64,000 nt of DNA from an uncultured Gemmatimonadales bacterium (GTDB taxonomy: Bacteria; Gemmatimonadota; Gemmatimonadetes; Longimicrobiales; Longimicrobiaceae). The first letter of the stretch is position 1. Each line of letters starts with the position of its first letter. The stretch is taken from contig OY970303.1 in the NCBI GenBank assembly GCA_963716255.1, positions 7,264,001 through 7,328,000 of the forward strand, in the 5' to 3' direction. A program made the position numbers and the translations under genes. Of the stretch, positions 11,601-46,607 are shown in pieces. The notes under the pieces are model-generated. The model saw nothing but the letters and a program-made list of their open reading frames with translations. It had not been told where the DNA came from and did no database searches.

Positions 11601-14600
11601 CCACCGTGGCCGCCCTCGCCGGTCGCGTGGAGGCGCTGCAGCGGGCCGGGACCCCGGCCCCGCCGCCCGTCGCGCGGCTCGCCGGCGGGCGCGAGGGGCC
11701 GCTGCCGGTGTCGTTCGCGCAGCAGCGGCTGTGGGTGGTGGACCGCCTGGACCCGGGGAGCCCCGCCTACAACATGGCCCACGCGCTGCGCGTGCGCGGC
11801 CCGCTGGACGCCGCCGCGCTGCGGGCGGCCATCGGCGAGCTGACGAGGCGGCACGAGGCGCTGCGGACCACGCTGGAGGAACGCGGCGGCGTCCCCGTGC
11901 AGGTCGTCCACCCGCCCGCGCCCGCCGCCCTCCCCGCGGTGGAGCTGCGCGCCCTGCCGGAGGCGGAGCGCGAGCGCGAGGCCCTGCGGCTGGCGGACGC
12001 CGAGGCGATGCGTCCGTTCGACCTGGCGCGCGGGCCGCTGCTGCGGAGCACCCTGCTGCGCCTTGACGGCGCCGACCACGTGCTGCTGTTCACGCTGCAC
12101 CACGTGGTCAGCGACGGGTGGAGCATGCAGGTTCTGGTGGGGGAGGTGGCCGCCCTGTACGCCGCCTTCGCCCGCGGCGTATCGTCGCCGCTGGCGCCGC
12201 TGCCGGTGCAGTACGCCGACTTCGCCGCCTGGCAGCGCGCCTGGCTGAGCGGGGAGACGCTGGACGAGCAGATCGGCTTCTGGCGGGAGCGGCTGGCCGG
12301 CGCCCCCCCGCTGCTGGAGATCCCCACCGACCGCCCGCGCGCCGCGGGACAGAGCCCGCGCGCGGCCCGGCACGCCTTCGCCCTCCCGGCGGAGCTGTCG
12401 CGCCGGCTGCGGGCGCTGTCGCGGGCCGAGGGGACCACGCTGTTCATGACGCTGCTCGCCGCCTGGCAGGCGCTGCTGGGCCGCTACGCGGGCCAGGACG
12501 ACGTGGTGGTGGGCACCCCCATCGCGGGGCGCACCCGCAGGGAGACGGAGGGACTGATCGGCTTCTTCGTCAACATGCTTGCCCTGCGCGCCGACCTGGG
12601 CGGCGACCCCGCCTGGAGCGGGCTGCTGGGGCGGGTGCGGGAAGAGGCGCTGGGCGCGTACGCGCACCAGGACCTCCCCTTCGAGCGCCTGGTGGAGGAG
12701 CTGGGCGTGGAGCGCAGCCTCACCCACACGCCGCTCTTCCAGGCGGTCTTCGCCCTGGACCGCGCCGGCGGGCCCGCGGAGCGCCCGCGGCTGGGCGCGG
12801 TCGCGCTGGAGCCGTTCGGCGAGGGCGAGCCGGTCGCCCGCTTCGACCTGGACCTTGCGGTGTCCGACGCCGGGGAGGCGCTGGGCGGGGCGCTGGTCTT
12901 CCGGGCGGCGCTGTTCGACGCGGCGACCGTGGAGCGCATGGCCGCGCACCTGGAGGCGACGCTGGAGGCGATGGCCGCCGATCCCGCGCGCCGCCTGTCG
13001 GAGCTGCCGCTGCTGCGCGGCGCCGAGCGCGCCCGGGTGCTGGAAGCCTGGAACGCCACCGCGGCCGACTTCCCGCGGGCGTGCCTGCACGACCTGGTCG
13101 CCCAGCAGGCCGCGCGCACCCCGGACGCCCCCGCCGTGGAGTTCGCCGGCCGGGTGCTCACCTATGCCGAGCTGCTGCGCGGCGCCGACCGCCTGGCGCA
13201 CCACCTCCGCGGCCTGGGCGTGGGGCCCGAGGTCCGGGTGGGCCTCTGCCTGGAGCGCTCCGCGGAGATGGTCGTCGCCGTCCTGGGCATCCTGCGCGCC
13301 GGCGGCACGTACCTCCCCCTCGACCCCGCCCACCCGCAGGATCGGACCCGCTTCATGCTGGCCGACTCCGGCGCCGCCGTGGTGGTGACCCGCTCCGAGC
13401 TGGCCGCCCGCGTGGCGGGGCACGGGGCGGAGCTGGTGCTCCTGGACGCCGCGGCGCACGCCATCGCGGCCGCGCCGGACACCCCGCCGCAGGGCGGGGC
13501 CGACCCGCTGAACGCGGCGTACGTCATCTACACCTCGGGCTCCACCGGCACGCCCAAGGGCGTGGTGGTCCCGCACCTGGGGCTGGGCAACGTGGCCCGC
13601 GCCCAGGCCCGCGACCTGGGCATCGTCCCCGGCGACCGCGTGCTCCAGTTCGCCTCCGCCAGCTTCGACGCCTCGGTGTTCGAGATGGTCATGGCGCTGG
13701 CCTGCGGCGGCACCCTGTGCGTGGGGACGCGCGACGAGCTCGCGCCCGGGCCCGACCTGGGGCGCTTCCTCCGCGAGCGCGGCGTCACCGCCGCGACGCT
13801 GCCCCCCTCCGCGCTGGCCGTCCTGCCGCGCGAGGATCTTCCCGCGCTGCGCGTGCTGATGACGGCGGGCGAGGCGCTCCCGGCCGAGCTTGCGGACCGG
13901 TGGGCGCCGGGCCGGAGCCTGTTCAACCTGTACGGCCCCACCGAGGCGACCATCTGGTCCACCACGGGACCGTACCGCGGGGGCGGGGATCGTCCCCGCA
14001 TCGGGCGCCCCGTCGCCAACACCGCGGCCTACGTGCTGGACGCCGCGCTGGCGCCTGTGCCCGTGGGCGTGCCGGGCGAGCTGTACGTGGGCGGGGTGGG
14101 GGTGGCGCGCGGGTACCTGGGCCGGGCGGACCTCACCGGCGAGCGCTTCGTGCCGGACGGGCTCTCCGGGGAGGCCGGGGCGCGGCTGTACCGCACGGGA
14201 GACCGGGTGCGGTGGCTGGCGGGCGGGGAGCTGGAGTTCCTGGGCCGGGTGGACGCGCAGGTGAAGATCCGGGGCTTCCGGATCGAGCCGGGGGAGGTGG
14301 AGGCGGTGCTGGCGGGTCTGCCGCAGGTGCGGGATGCGGCGGTCGTGGTGCGGGAGGACGCGCCGGGAGCGAAGCGGCTGGTGGCGTACGTGGTCGCGGC
14401 GGAGGGCGCCGACGCGGGCGCGGCGGGGCTGCGGGAAGCGCTGTCGGCGCGGCTGCCGGAGCACATGGTCCCGGGGGTGTACGTGGTGCTGGAGCGCCTG
14501 CCGCTGAACTCCAGCGGCAAGGTGGACCGGCGCGCGCTGCCGGCGCCGGAGCGGGAGGCGGGCGCGGCGCACGCGGCGCCGCGCACGGCCACGGAGGAGG

Positions 14601-17600
14601 TGCTGGCGGGGATCTGGGCGGAGCTGCTGGGCGCCGGGCGGGTGGGGGTGGAGGAGGACTTCTTCGAGCTGGGCGGGCACTCGCTGCTGGCGACACAGCT
14701 GGCCTCCCGGGCGCGGGAAGCGTTCGGGGTGGAGGTGCCGCTGAGGACCGTGTTCGAGGCGCCCACCGTCGCGCGGCTGGCCGGCCGCATCGAGGCGCTG
14801 CGGCGCACGGGCGTGGCGTCGGCGCCGCCGATGGAGCGGGTGTCGCGGGAAGGGCCGCTGCCGCTGTCCTTCGCGCAGCAGCGGCTGCTGGTGGTGGACC
14901 GCCTGGACGCGGGCGGCGCCGCCTACAACATTCCCGCCGCGCTGCGGCTGCGCGGGCGGCTGGACACGGCGGCGCTGCGGGCCGCTCTGGGCGAGCTGGT
15001 TCGCCGGCACGAGACGCTGCGCACCACGATCGTGGAGCAGGACGGCGGGCCCGTGCAGGTGGTCCACCCGCCGGCCCCGGCCGCGCTGCCGGTGGTGGAG
15101 CTGGACCGCCTGCCCGACGGCGCGCCGGAGGGCGAGGCGGAGCGCCTGGCCGCGGCGGAAGCGCTGCGCCCCTTCGACCTGGCGCGTGGCCCGCTGCTGC
15201 GGAGCACGCTGCTGCGCCTGGGCGCGGACGACCACGTGCTGCTGGTCAACATGCACCACGTGGTCAGCGACGGGTGGAGCATGGACGTGCTGGTGCGCGA
15301 GGTTTCCGCGCTCTACGCCGCCTTCGGGCGGGGCGCATCGTCGCCGCTGCCCGAGCTCCCGGTGCAGTACGCCGACTTCGCCGTGTGGCAGCGCGCCTGG
15401 CTCGCCGGCGAGGTGCTGGACGAGCAGATCGGCTTCTGGAAGGACGCGCTGGCCGGCGCTCCGCCGCTGCTGGAGATCCCCACCGACCGCCCGCGCGCGG
15501 TCGGACAGGGCGCGGCCGCGGGGAGCCACGCCTTCACCCTGCCGGCCGCGGTGGCGGACGGGCTGCGGGCGCTCGCCCGCCGCGAGGGCGCCACGCTCTT
15601 TATGACGCTGCTGGCCGGGTGGCAGGCGCTGCTGTCCCGGTACTCGGGGCAGGAGGACGTGGTCGTCGGCACCGCGGTCGCCGGGCGCAACCGCCGGGAG
15701 ACGGAAGGGCTGATCGGCTTCTTCGTCAACATGCTGCCGCTGCGCGCCGACCTGGGCGGCGATCCCACCGGAGCCGGGTTGCTGGGACGGGTGCGGGGGG
15801 CGACGCTGGGGGCGTATGACCACCAGGACCTCCCCTTCGAGCGCCTGGTGGAGGCGCTGGACGTGGAGCGCAGCCTCACCCACACGCCGCTCTTCCAGGT
15901 GACCTTCGCCCTCGCCCGGGCGGGCGCGGACGAGGCGCTGTCGCTGGGCGGAGTCGCCATCGAGCCCCTGGGGGCCGGGGAGAGCGTCGCCAAGTTCGAC
16001 CTGGACGTGGGCTTCCGGGAAACGGACGCCGGGCTGGCCGGCGCGCTGCTTTTCCGCGCGGCGCTGTTCGATCCGCAGACCGTCGCCCGCATGGCCGGGC
16101 ACCTGGAAACCGTCCTGGAGGCGATGGCCGCCGATCCCGCGGGGCGCCTTTCCGCCGTGTCGCTGCTGCGCGGAACCGAGCGCGAGCAGGTGCTGGAAGC
16201 GTGGAACGCCACTCGGGCCGACCATCCGCGGGGCTGCGTGCACGAGCTGGTCGCGGCGCAGGCGGCGCGCACCCCGGACGCGGTGGCGGTGGCGTTCCGG
16301 GGCGAGACGATCACCTACGCCGAGCTGGTGCGGCGCGCCAACCGCCTCGCCAACCACCTGCGCCGGCTGGGCGTGGGCCCGGAGACGCGGGTGGGGGTGT
16401 GCCTGGAGCGCACGCCGCAGGTGCTGGTGGCCGTGCTTGGCGTGCTCGCGGCCGGCGGCGCCTACGTGCCGCTGGACCCCGCGTACCCCGCCGAGCGCCT
16501 GGGCTGGATGGCCGAGGACGCGCGGGTCTCGCTCGTCCTCACCTCCAGCGCCCTGGAGCGGGTCCTCCCCGAGGGCACGCCCGCGCTCGCGCTCGACGCC
16601 GCGCGGCCCGCCGTCGACGCCGAGCCGGACACGGCGCCGGAGTCGGGGGTGCTCCCGGACAACCTGTCGCACGTGATCTTCACCTCGGGGTCCACGGGCC
16701 GCCCCAAGGGGGTGATGATCCGCCACTCGTCCGTCGTGGTCCTGCTGCACTGGCTGCGGGAAACCGTCTCCGACGAGGAGCGCCGCGGCGTGCTCTTCTC
16801 CACCTCCATCAACTTCGACGTGTCGGTGGCCGAGATGTTCGGCACGCTGGCGTGGGGCGGCAGGCTGGTGCTGGTGGAGAACGCCCTGGAGCTGCCGTCG
16901 GTGGGGGACCAGGTCGTCCACGCGAGCATGGTGCCCACCGCCGCCGCGGAGCTGCTGCGCATGGGCGGCATCCCGGCGGGCGTGCGCACGCTGAACCTGG
17001 GCGGCGAGGCGCTGCCGGCCGACCTGGCGCGGGGGCTGTACGCCCTGGGAACGGTGCAGAAGGTGGGCAACCTGTACGGCCCGACCGAGGACACCACCTA
17101 CAGCACCTACTCGCTGGTGCGGCGCGGCGCCGACCGCGTGCTCGTGGGCAGGCCGGTGGCGAACACGCAGGCTCTGGTGCTGGACGGCGAGCTGCGGCCG
17201 GTGCCGGTGGGGCTCGCCGGCGAGCTGTACCTTGCCGGCGACGGGCTGTCCCGCGGCTACGCGGGGCGGCCGGAGCTCACGGCCGAACGCTTCCTGCCCG
17301 ACCCGTTCGGCGAGGCGGGCTCGCGCATGTACCGGGTGATGGACCGCGTCCGCTGGCTGGCGTCCGGGGAGCTGGAGTACTTCGGGCGCACCGACCACCA
17401 GGTCAAGGTGCGCGGCTTCCGCATCGAGCTGGGCGAGATCGAGGCGGTGCTCATCGCGCTGCCTCAGGTCCGGGAGGCGGTCGTGGTCGTCCGGGACGAC
17501 GCCCCGGGCGCGGCCGGCCAGAAGCGCCTGGTCGCGTACCTTGCCGCCGAGCCCGGCGAGATCGCCTCCGTCGCCGAGCTGCGGTCCCGTCTCTCGGAGC

Positions 17601-17992
17601 GGCTGCCGGAGTACATGGTGCCCTCGGCGTTCGTCCTCCTGGACCGGCTGCCGCTCTCCCCCAACGGCAAGCTCGACCGGCGGGCGCTCCCGGCCCCGGA
17701 AGCCGCCGCGGGGACGGAGTACGTGGCCCCGCGCACCGTCGTGGAGGAGCTGCTGTGCACGATCTGGGAGGAGGTGCTGGGGGTGGAGCGGGTGGGCGTG
17801 GACGACGACTTCTTCGAGCTGGGCGGACACTCCATGCTGGCGATGGACGTGGCCTTCCGCGTCCAGCAGGCGTGCGGGGTGGAAGTGCCGCTCCAGGAGC
17901 TGTTCGTGACGCCCACCATCGCGGCGCTGGCCGAGCTGGTGGAGGACCAGATGTTCCTGGCCCTGGACGACTCGGAGATGACGGAGGCGTGA
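5333..17992 (+). CDS. NRPS gene A, 3' segment (NRPS-like frame resumes at 5261): four C-A-T modules, predicted Asn, hydrophobic Xaa, Phe-like, Ala-like; acidic C-terminal docking tail
   Basis: Four sets of YTSG/FTSG, (N/G)xYGPTE, GELY, GK(V/L)DR and GGHS(L/M)L motifs. C motifs LQAVLDG, HHAVGDG, HHVVSDG, HHVVSDG. Pocket codes by eye versus GrsA: DLTKVGEVGK, DIFAFGGVLK, DAFTMALIWK, DVASNGLTYK. Ends ...LALDDSEMTEA-stop. Confidence 0.95.
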   Translation: MEDVYPLAPLQEGLLFHVLYSREEGFYLAQSTFDLQGELDGEAMRRAWDATLARHPALRASFLWRDRVRPLQVVHRQVRVPFVQEDWRALPEDEQGAALEGYLREDRERGFDLEAAPLMRVALFRTGEDRYRMVWSFLQAVLDGWSLPLVFRDLRAAYEALAAGRTPALGTAPRHRDYVAWVERQDPSRTEAFWRGMLAGFDEPTPLPLEHAAPGAGPERREQADLQLTAGATRALHAFARARGLTPGTVVQGAWALLLARYAGADDVVFGVTVSGRPAELAGVEEMVGVFINTLPVRVRLPEEAPVDAWLAALQEDAAAVREHESVPLTQVQRWSDVPAGQELFGSIYVYENYPVDEALAGGIGGVEVRGMAAVERGNYPLTLVVLPGASLKLRLNYDPDRLDPAAAGRLLGQVAAAVEAMAARPGARLSQVSLLGDDERTRLLESWNDTGAGYAGAEFVHEMFARQAARAPRAEALRSGERTLTYAALERDSSRLARHLRALGVGPESRVGICLERGPETVVSVLGVLKAGGAYVPLDPSYPADRLAFMVEDAALAVLLTREGLLERLPEHGARVVCLDRDAAEIARRGDAAPESGLRPENVAYVIYTSGSTGRPKGVEVVHRGLGNYLAWAVEAYAGEGHGAPVHSSLSFDLTVTSLLVPLLRGERVVLTDEADAVEGLARALREEPGFTLVKLTPAHLGLLAEQLTEAEAAAAARTLVVGGEALPAELAAYWRRVAPGTVVVNEYGPTETVVGCIVHRVENAAGGAGSVPIGRPIAGTRAYVLGPGMQPAPLGASGELYVGGAGVARGYLGRPGLTAERFVPDPFGAEPGARLYRTGDRVRWLASGEMEFLGRTDFQLKVRGFRVEPGEIEAALLEDPRVRDALVTQRGDATGQRQLVAYVVPAEGGGPSAAELRARLQGVLPDHMVPAWFAVLERMPLNANGKVDRHALPAPEAAPHGSAAPRTVTEEVLAGIWEDVLGVERVGADDSFFELGGHSLLVTRIVSRVRQALEVEVPLRAIFDAPTVSGLARRIDALRSGGSEAAPPVRRVPRDGPLPLSFQQQRLWLMDRLEPGAATYNMPSALRLRGELDTIALRAALGELARRHEVLRTVFAEREGVPVQVVRPGGGAMLPAIDLRRLPGAAPEAEALRLVHEEAVRPFDLERGPLLRTVLLRLGDGDHVLCVTLHHAVGDGWSLDVLVGEVAALYGAFSRGEPSPLPGLPVQYADYAVWQREWLGDAELDRQLAYWKERLAGAPPLLELPTDRPRGAGQGAHAGRHAFAVAADTSRGLRALARHEGTTLFMTVLAAWQALLGRYSGQDDVVVGTPVAGRTQLETEGLIGLFVNMLVLRAELAGEPTWRELLARVRHDALGAFSHQDLPFERLVDALVTVRSLTHAPLFQAVFALQRSRPAAPPLGNAAVQPFGVGAEGLPVDLELMLEDGEDGLAGVLLYREALFDPATIGRLAESLGACLEALAADPSRRFTEVSLLRGTERVQVLEAWNATAAAFPPALAHDVFAAQAALTPHVPAVTRGDRVLTYAELDRLSDRLARHLRRRGVGPEVRVGLCLERDVELVVGVLGVLKAGGVYVPLDPTLPAGRLAYMLADADAAVLVSQAGLPERLPAYAGEVVCLDRDAAAIAAEPAGPPPSGVHARSAAYVIYTSGSTGAPKGVVVEHGSLLNFAAAMRRDFPYREGEVVLGVVSFAFDIWIFEGLVPLLAGATVRLLPLDRVRDAGVLVEELRTAGRIAAVPALYRQVVLAARQLEPGALAGVRYIFAGGEAVAPELSAELREVFPGARLFVGYGPTEATVLATLYAVPEGVEGGAPPIGNPLPNVRTYVLDARGDALPTGVPGELYLGGAGVARGYLGRPDLTAGRFVPDPFAGASGSRLYGTGDRVRWRADGALEFLGRFDAQVKIRGFRVELGEVEAALAAHPRVHEMVAVVREDVPGQRILVAYVVPQEGAEPSVAELRESLGEQLPDYMVPGAFVVLERLPLDAGGKVDRRALPAPDLGSEDGYVAPRTAAEEVLAAIWADVLELEPERVGVEKSFFDMGGHSLLATRVASRIRDAFGVAVPLRTLFEATTVAALAGRVEALQRAGTPAPPPVARLAGGREGPLPVSFAQQRLWVVDRLDPGSPAYNMAHALRVRGPLDAAALRAAIGELTRRHEALRTTLEERGGVPVQVVHPPAPAALPAVELRALPEAEREREALRLADAEAMRPFDLARGPLLRSTLLRLDGADHVLLFTLHHVVSDGWSMQVLVGEVAALYAAFARGVSSPLAPLPVQYADFAAWQRAWLSGETLDEQIGFWRERLAGAPPLLEIPTDRPRAAGQSPRAARHAFALPAELSRRLRALSRAEGTTLFMTLLAAWQALLGRYAGQDDVVVGTPIAGRTRRETEGLIGFFVNMLALRADLGGDPAWSGLLGRVREEALGAYAHQDLPFERLVEELGVERSLTHTPLFQAVFALDRAGGPAERPRLGAVALEPFGEGEPVARFDLDLAVSDAGEALGGALVFRAALFDAATVERMAAHLEATLEAMAADPARRLSELPLLRGAERARVLEAWNATAADFPRACLHDLVAQQAARTPDAPAVEFAGRVLTYAELLRGADRLAHHLRGLGVGPEVRVGLCLERSAEMVVAVLGILRAGGTYLPLDPAHPQDRTRFMLADSGAAVVVTRSELAARVAGHGAELVLLDAAAHAIAAAPDTPPQGGADPLNAAYVIYTSGSTGTPKGVVVPHLGLGNVARAQARDLGIVPGDRVLQFASASFDASVFEMVMALACGGTLCVGTRDELAPGPDLGRFLRERGVTAATLPPSALAVLPREDLPALRVLMTAGEALPAELADRWAPGRSLFNLYGPTEATIWSTTGPYRGGGDRPRIGRPVANTAAYVLDAALAPVPVGVPGELYVGGVGVARGYLGRADLTGERFVPDGLSGEAGARLYRTGDRVRWLAGGELEFLGRVDAQVKIRGFRIEPGEVEAVLAGLPQVRDAAVVVREDAPGAKRLVAYVVAAEGADAGAAGLREALSARLPEHMVPGVYVVLERLPLNSSGKVDRRALPAPEREAGAAHAAPRTATEEVLAGIWAELLGAGRVGVEEDFFELGGHSLLATQLASRAREAFGVEVPLRTVFEAPTVARLAGRIEALRRTGVASAPPMERVSREGPLPLSFAQQRLLVVDRLDAGGAAYNIPAALRLRGRLDTAALRAALGELVRRHETLRTTIVEQDGGPVQVVHPPAPAALPVVELDRLPDGAPEGEAERLAAAEALRPFDLARGPLLRSTLLRLGADDHVLLVNMHHVVSDGWSMDVLVREVSALYAAFGRGASSPLPELPVQYADFAVWQRAWLAGEVLDEQIGFWKDALAGAPPLLEIPTDRPRAVGQGAAAGSHAFTLPAAVADGLRALARREGATLFMTLLAGWQALLSRYSGQEDVVVGTAVAGRNRRETEGLIGFFVNMLPLRADLGGDPTGAGLLGRVRGATLGAYDHQDLPFERLVEALDVERSLTHTPLFQVTFALARAGADEALSLGGVAIEPLGAGESVAKFDLDVGFRETDAGLAGALLFRAALFDPQTVARMAGHLETVLEAMAADPAGRLSAVSLLRGTEREQVLEAWNATRADHPRGCVHELVAAQAARTPDAVAVAFRGETITYAELVRRANRLANHLRRLGVGPETRVGVCLERTPQVLVAVLGVLAAGGAYVPLDPAYPAERLGWMAEDARVSLVLTSSALERVLPEGTPALALDAARPAVDAEPDTAPESGVLPDNLSHVIFTSGSTGRPKGVMIRHSSVVVLLHWLRETVSDEERRGVLFSTSINFDVSVAEMFGTLAWGGRLVLVENALELPSVGDQVVHASMVPTAAAELLRMGGIPAGVRTLNLGGEALPADLARGLYALGTVQKVGNLYGPTEDTTYSTYSLVRRGADRVLVGRPVANTQALVLDGELRPVPVGLAGELYLAGDGLSRGYAGRPELTAERFLPDPFGEAGSRMYRVMDRVRWLASGELEYFGRTDHQVKVRGFRIELGEIEAVLIALPQVREAVVVVRDDAPGAAGQKRLVAYLAAEPGEIASVAELRSRLSERLPEYMVPSAFVLLDRLPLSPNGKLDRRALPAPEAAAGTEYVAPRTVVEELLCTIWEEVLGVERVGVDDDFFELGGHSMLAMDVAFRVQQACGVEVPLQELFVTPTIAALAELVEDQMFLALDDSEMTEA

Positions 17993-18068
17993 TCGTGCCG
18001 GGAAGGAGCAGGAGCCGGACCGGACGGGCGGTCTCCGGGTCGAGCCATGAATTTCCACTTGCGGCGGT

Positions 18069-44297
<26,229 letters not shown>

Positions 44298-44299
44298 GA

Positions 44300-44844
44300 T
44301 GAACGGCGGGGTTCGGGCGTGCCCCCGGCGGGGCGCCGGGGTCGGGCTTCGGCTCCGTAACGCACGAAACAACCGTGCGTAACGGAGTCGAGCCCCGGCG
44401 GAAACGGCCCCGCCGGGTCTCGCCCCTTCGGGCCGAAATCCCTCACGCGACGGCGGGCCCCCTCCCCCCAAGCGGGAGAGGGGGAGAACTGCGCGAGCAC
44501 GGCAGGTATCGCGCTGGCGCCCGCGGGAGGCCCCCACCCGGCTCGCACGGGCTCGCCGCCCTCTCCCGTTCCGGGGGAGGGGAATCTCCACGCTGACGAT
44601 TCCCGCCGTTGTCGTGTCGTGCTCCCCCTTTCCCCCGCTTGCGGGGGAGAGGGGGCCGGGGGGTGAGGGGGCCGGCTCTCGCCGACGCCGGCGTGATGCC
44701 TGCGTGAGGGATGCGAGCGCGAAGCGGCGAGACCCGCCGGCAGTTTGGCGGGGCTCGCCTCCGTTGCAGACGGTTGTTTCGTCTGCTACGGAGCCGCAGC
44801 CCGACCCCGGCGCAGCCGGGGTCACGCCCGAACCCTGCCCTTCA
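44300..44844. repeat. Structured composite repeat (MITE/BIME-like), copy 1, with ~140-nt imperfect terminal inverted repeats
   Basis: Starts GGGTTCGGGCGTGCCCCCGGC (44309) and ends CCGGGGTCACGCCCGAACCC (44835). Internal CCCTCTCCC.../GGGGGAGAGGGG hairpins. Homologous, in inverted orientation, to 48932-49449. Lies between convergent NRPS and macrodomain genes. Confidence 0.85.
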
Positions 44845-44858
44845 CCCCGGTCCAGACC

Positions 44859-45419
44859 CTAGAGCCCGGAGTAGAAACGGGGCGCGCGGTCGCGCGGCAG
44901 GCGGCCGAACCGCGGGTACAGCGCGAACACCACGGTCGTCAGGCTCGTCTGCGAGCGGAGGTGGGAAGCGATCTCGATCAGCATGGCCACGGCGGACTGC
45001 TCCAGCGAGAGCCGGGCGGCGCCGGTCGCCAGGGCGGGAAACGCGATCGAGCGGTATCCCATCTCGTCGCAGAGCTGCAGGCACCTCGCGGTGACCCCCG
45101 TCACCAGGTCGACCGTCGTCGAGTCCCAGTCCGCGAGATCCAGGACGGCCGCGTGGAACACCCGCTTCGCCTTCATCCGGCCGGCCGACGTGACGGCGAC
45201 GCCGCCCAGCGGGACCGGGGCCAGCGCCCGGGCTTCACGCCCCACGGACTCGCCGCCCGCTCCCAGGATCGCCCGCGAAACGCCCCCGCCCATGGAAAGC
45301 TCGACGTCGTCGGAGCTGACCACCACGTCCACGTCCAGGGTCGTGATGTCGTAGAAGTCCAGGCGCAGCGTGGACCGGTTGATCGTACGCCGGAACGGGC
45401 GGAGGGGCGATCCGGGCAT
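44859..45419 (-). CDS. Macro domain (ADP-ribose-binding fold) protein, non-canonical
   Basis: DIT...DVVVSSDD..L.MGGGVSRAI...G...V.TSAG....K.VFHAA...SIAFPALATG follows the macrodomain motif order; the usual NAAN reads SSDD. Confidence 0.85.
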   Translation of the reverse strand: MPGSPLRPFRRTINRSTLRLDFYDITTLDVDVVVSSDDVELSMGGGVSRAILGAGGESVGREARALAPVPLGGVAVTSAGRMKAKRVFHAAVLDLADWDSTTVDLVTGVTARCLQLCDEMGYRSIAFPALATGAARLSLEQSAVAMLIEIASHLRSQTSLTTVVFALYPRFGRLPRDRAPRFYSGL

Positions 45420-45769
45420 CTGCGATCCTTTGGTGAAGTTTCCTGTGATGCGCGGGTCCCTACAAGTAGGCCAGTTTTTGGTCGGCGCGCAAGAGCGACG
45501 TTCGCCGCCGGCCTCGCAGCGCCCCGGCGGACCGCACCGCGGGCGCCTGCCGCGACGAGCCCCGACGCACCTGAATTCCCCTCAGCTGTTCAGGAGAGCA
45601 TGGCCTTTGCTCCCCTAAACCGTCGAGGAGAAAGCCGGGAGGCGGCCGGCGACTTGCGCGCGGGCCCCCGAGGTGAGATAAGTGAGTGCCGGCGGCCGGG
45701 AAGCTCCTTTCGCGGTGCGACTTCCGCCGCACCCGCACGCCGCCGTGGACCCCCCCGCCAGGGACCGTC

Positions 45770-46582
45770 ATGACCCAGGACGTTCTGTCACGCAACAACG
45801 TGAAGGTGTCCGGTTCCGGCACGCAGCCCATGGTGTTCGCCCACGGCTTCGGGTGCGACCAGAACATGTGGCGCTTCGTGGCGCCCGCCTTCGAGGACGA
45901 CTACCGGGTGGTCCTCTTCGACTACGTGGGGGCGGGCAGGTCCGACCTGGCCGCGTACGACGCCGAGCGCTACTCCCGCCTCGAAGGCTACGCGGAAGAC
46001 GTGCTCGACGTCTGCCGCGCGCTGGAGCTGGAGAACGTCGTCCTGGTGGGCCACTCCGTGAGCAGCATGATCGCGGTGCTCGCCGCCAACCGGGAGCCGG
46101 AGCGGTTCGACCGGCTCGTCCTCGTGGGCCCGTCGCCCCGCTACGTCAACGACCCCCCGTACGTGGGGGGCTTCGAGCGCGCCGACATCGAGGGCCTGCT
46201 GGAGATGATGGACCGCAACTACATCGGCTGGGCCAACTTCCTGGCGCCCGCCATCGTCAAGAACCCGGACCGGCCGGAGCTGGGCGAGGAGCTCACGGCG
46301 AGCTTCTGCTCCACCGATCCGGTCATCGCCCGGCGCTTCGCCGAGGCCACTTTCCTGGCGGACAACCGCGGCGACCTGCCCCGGGTCCGGGTCCCCGCGC
46401 TGATCCTGCAGTGCGCGGACGACATGATCGCGCCGGTGGAGGTCGGCGAGTACCTGCACCGCGAGCTCCCGGGGAGCACCCTGCGGATGATGAGCGCGAC
46501 GGGCCACTGCCCGCACATGAGCCACCCGGAGGAGACGATCCGGGCCATCCGGGAGTACCTGTCGGCCGCGCACGCCGGGTGA
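45770..46582 (+). CDS. rsbQ: RsbQ-family alpha/beta hydrolase (KAI2/D14-related)
   Basis: [21 protein letters not shown], nucleophile [26 protein letters not shown] 45770 preferred over GTG 45686 because it matches the RsbQ N-terminus. Confidence 0.92.
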   Translation: MTQDVLSRNNVKVSGSGTQPMVFAHGFGCDQNMWRFVAPAFEDDYRVVLFDYVGAGRSDLAAYDAERYSRLEGYAEDVLDVCRALELENVVLVGHSVSSMIAVLAANREPERFDRLVLVGPSPRYVNDPPYVGGFERADIEGLLEMMDRNYIGWANFLAPAIVKNPDRPELGEELTASFCSTDPVIARRFAEATFLADNRGDLPRVRVPALILQCADDMIAPVEVGEYLHRELPGSTLRMMSATGHCPHMSHPEETIRAIREYLSAAHAG

Positions 46583-46607
46583 GGCCGGGTCCGGCGGCCG
46601 CACGGAG

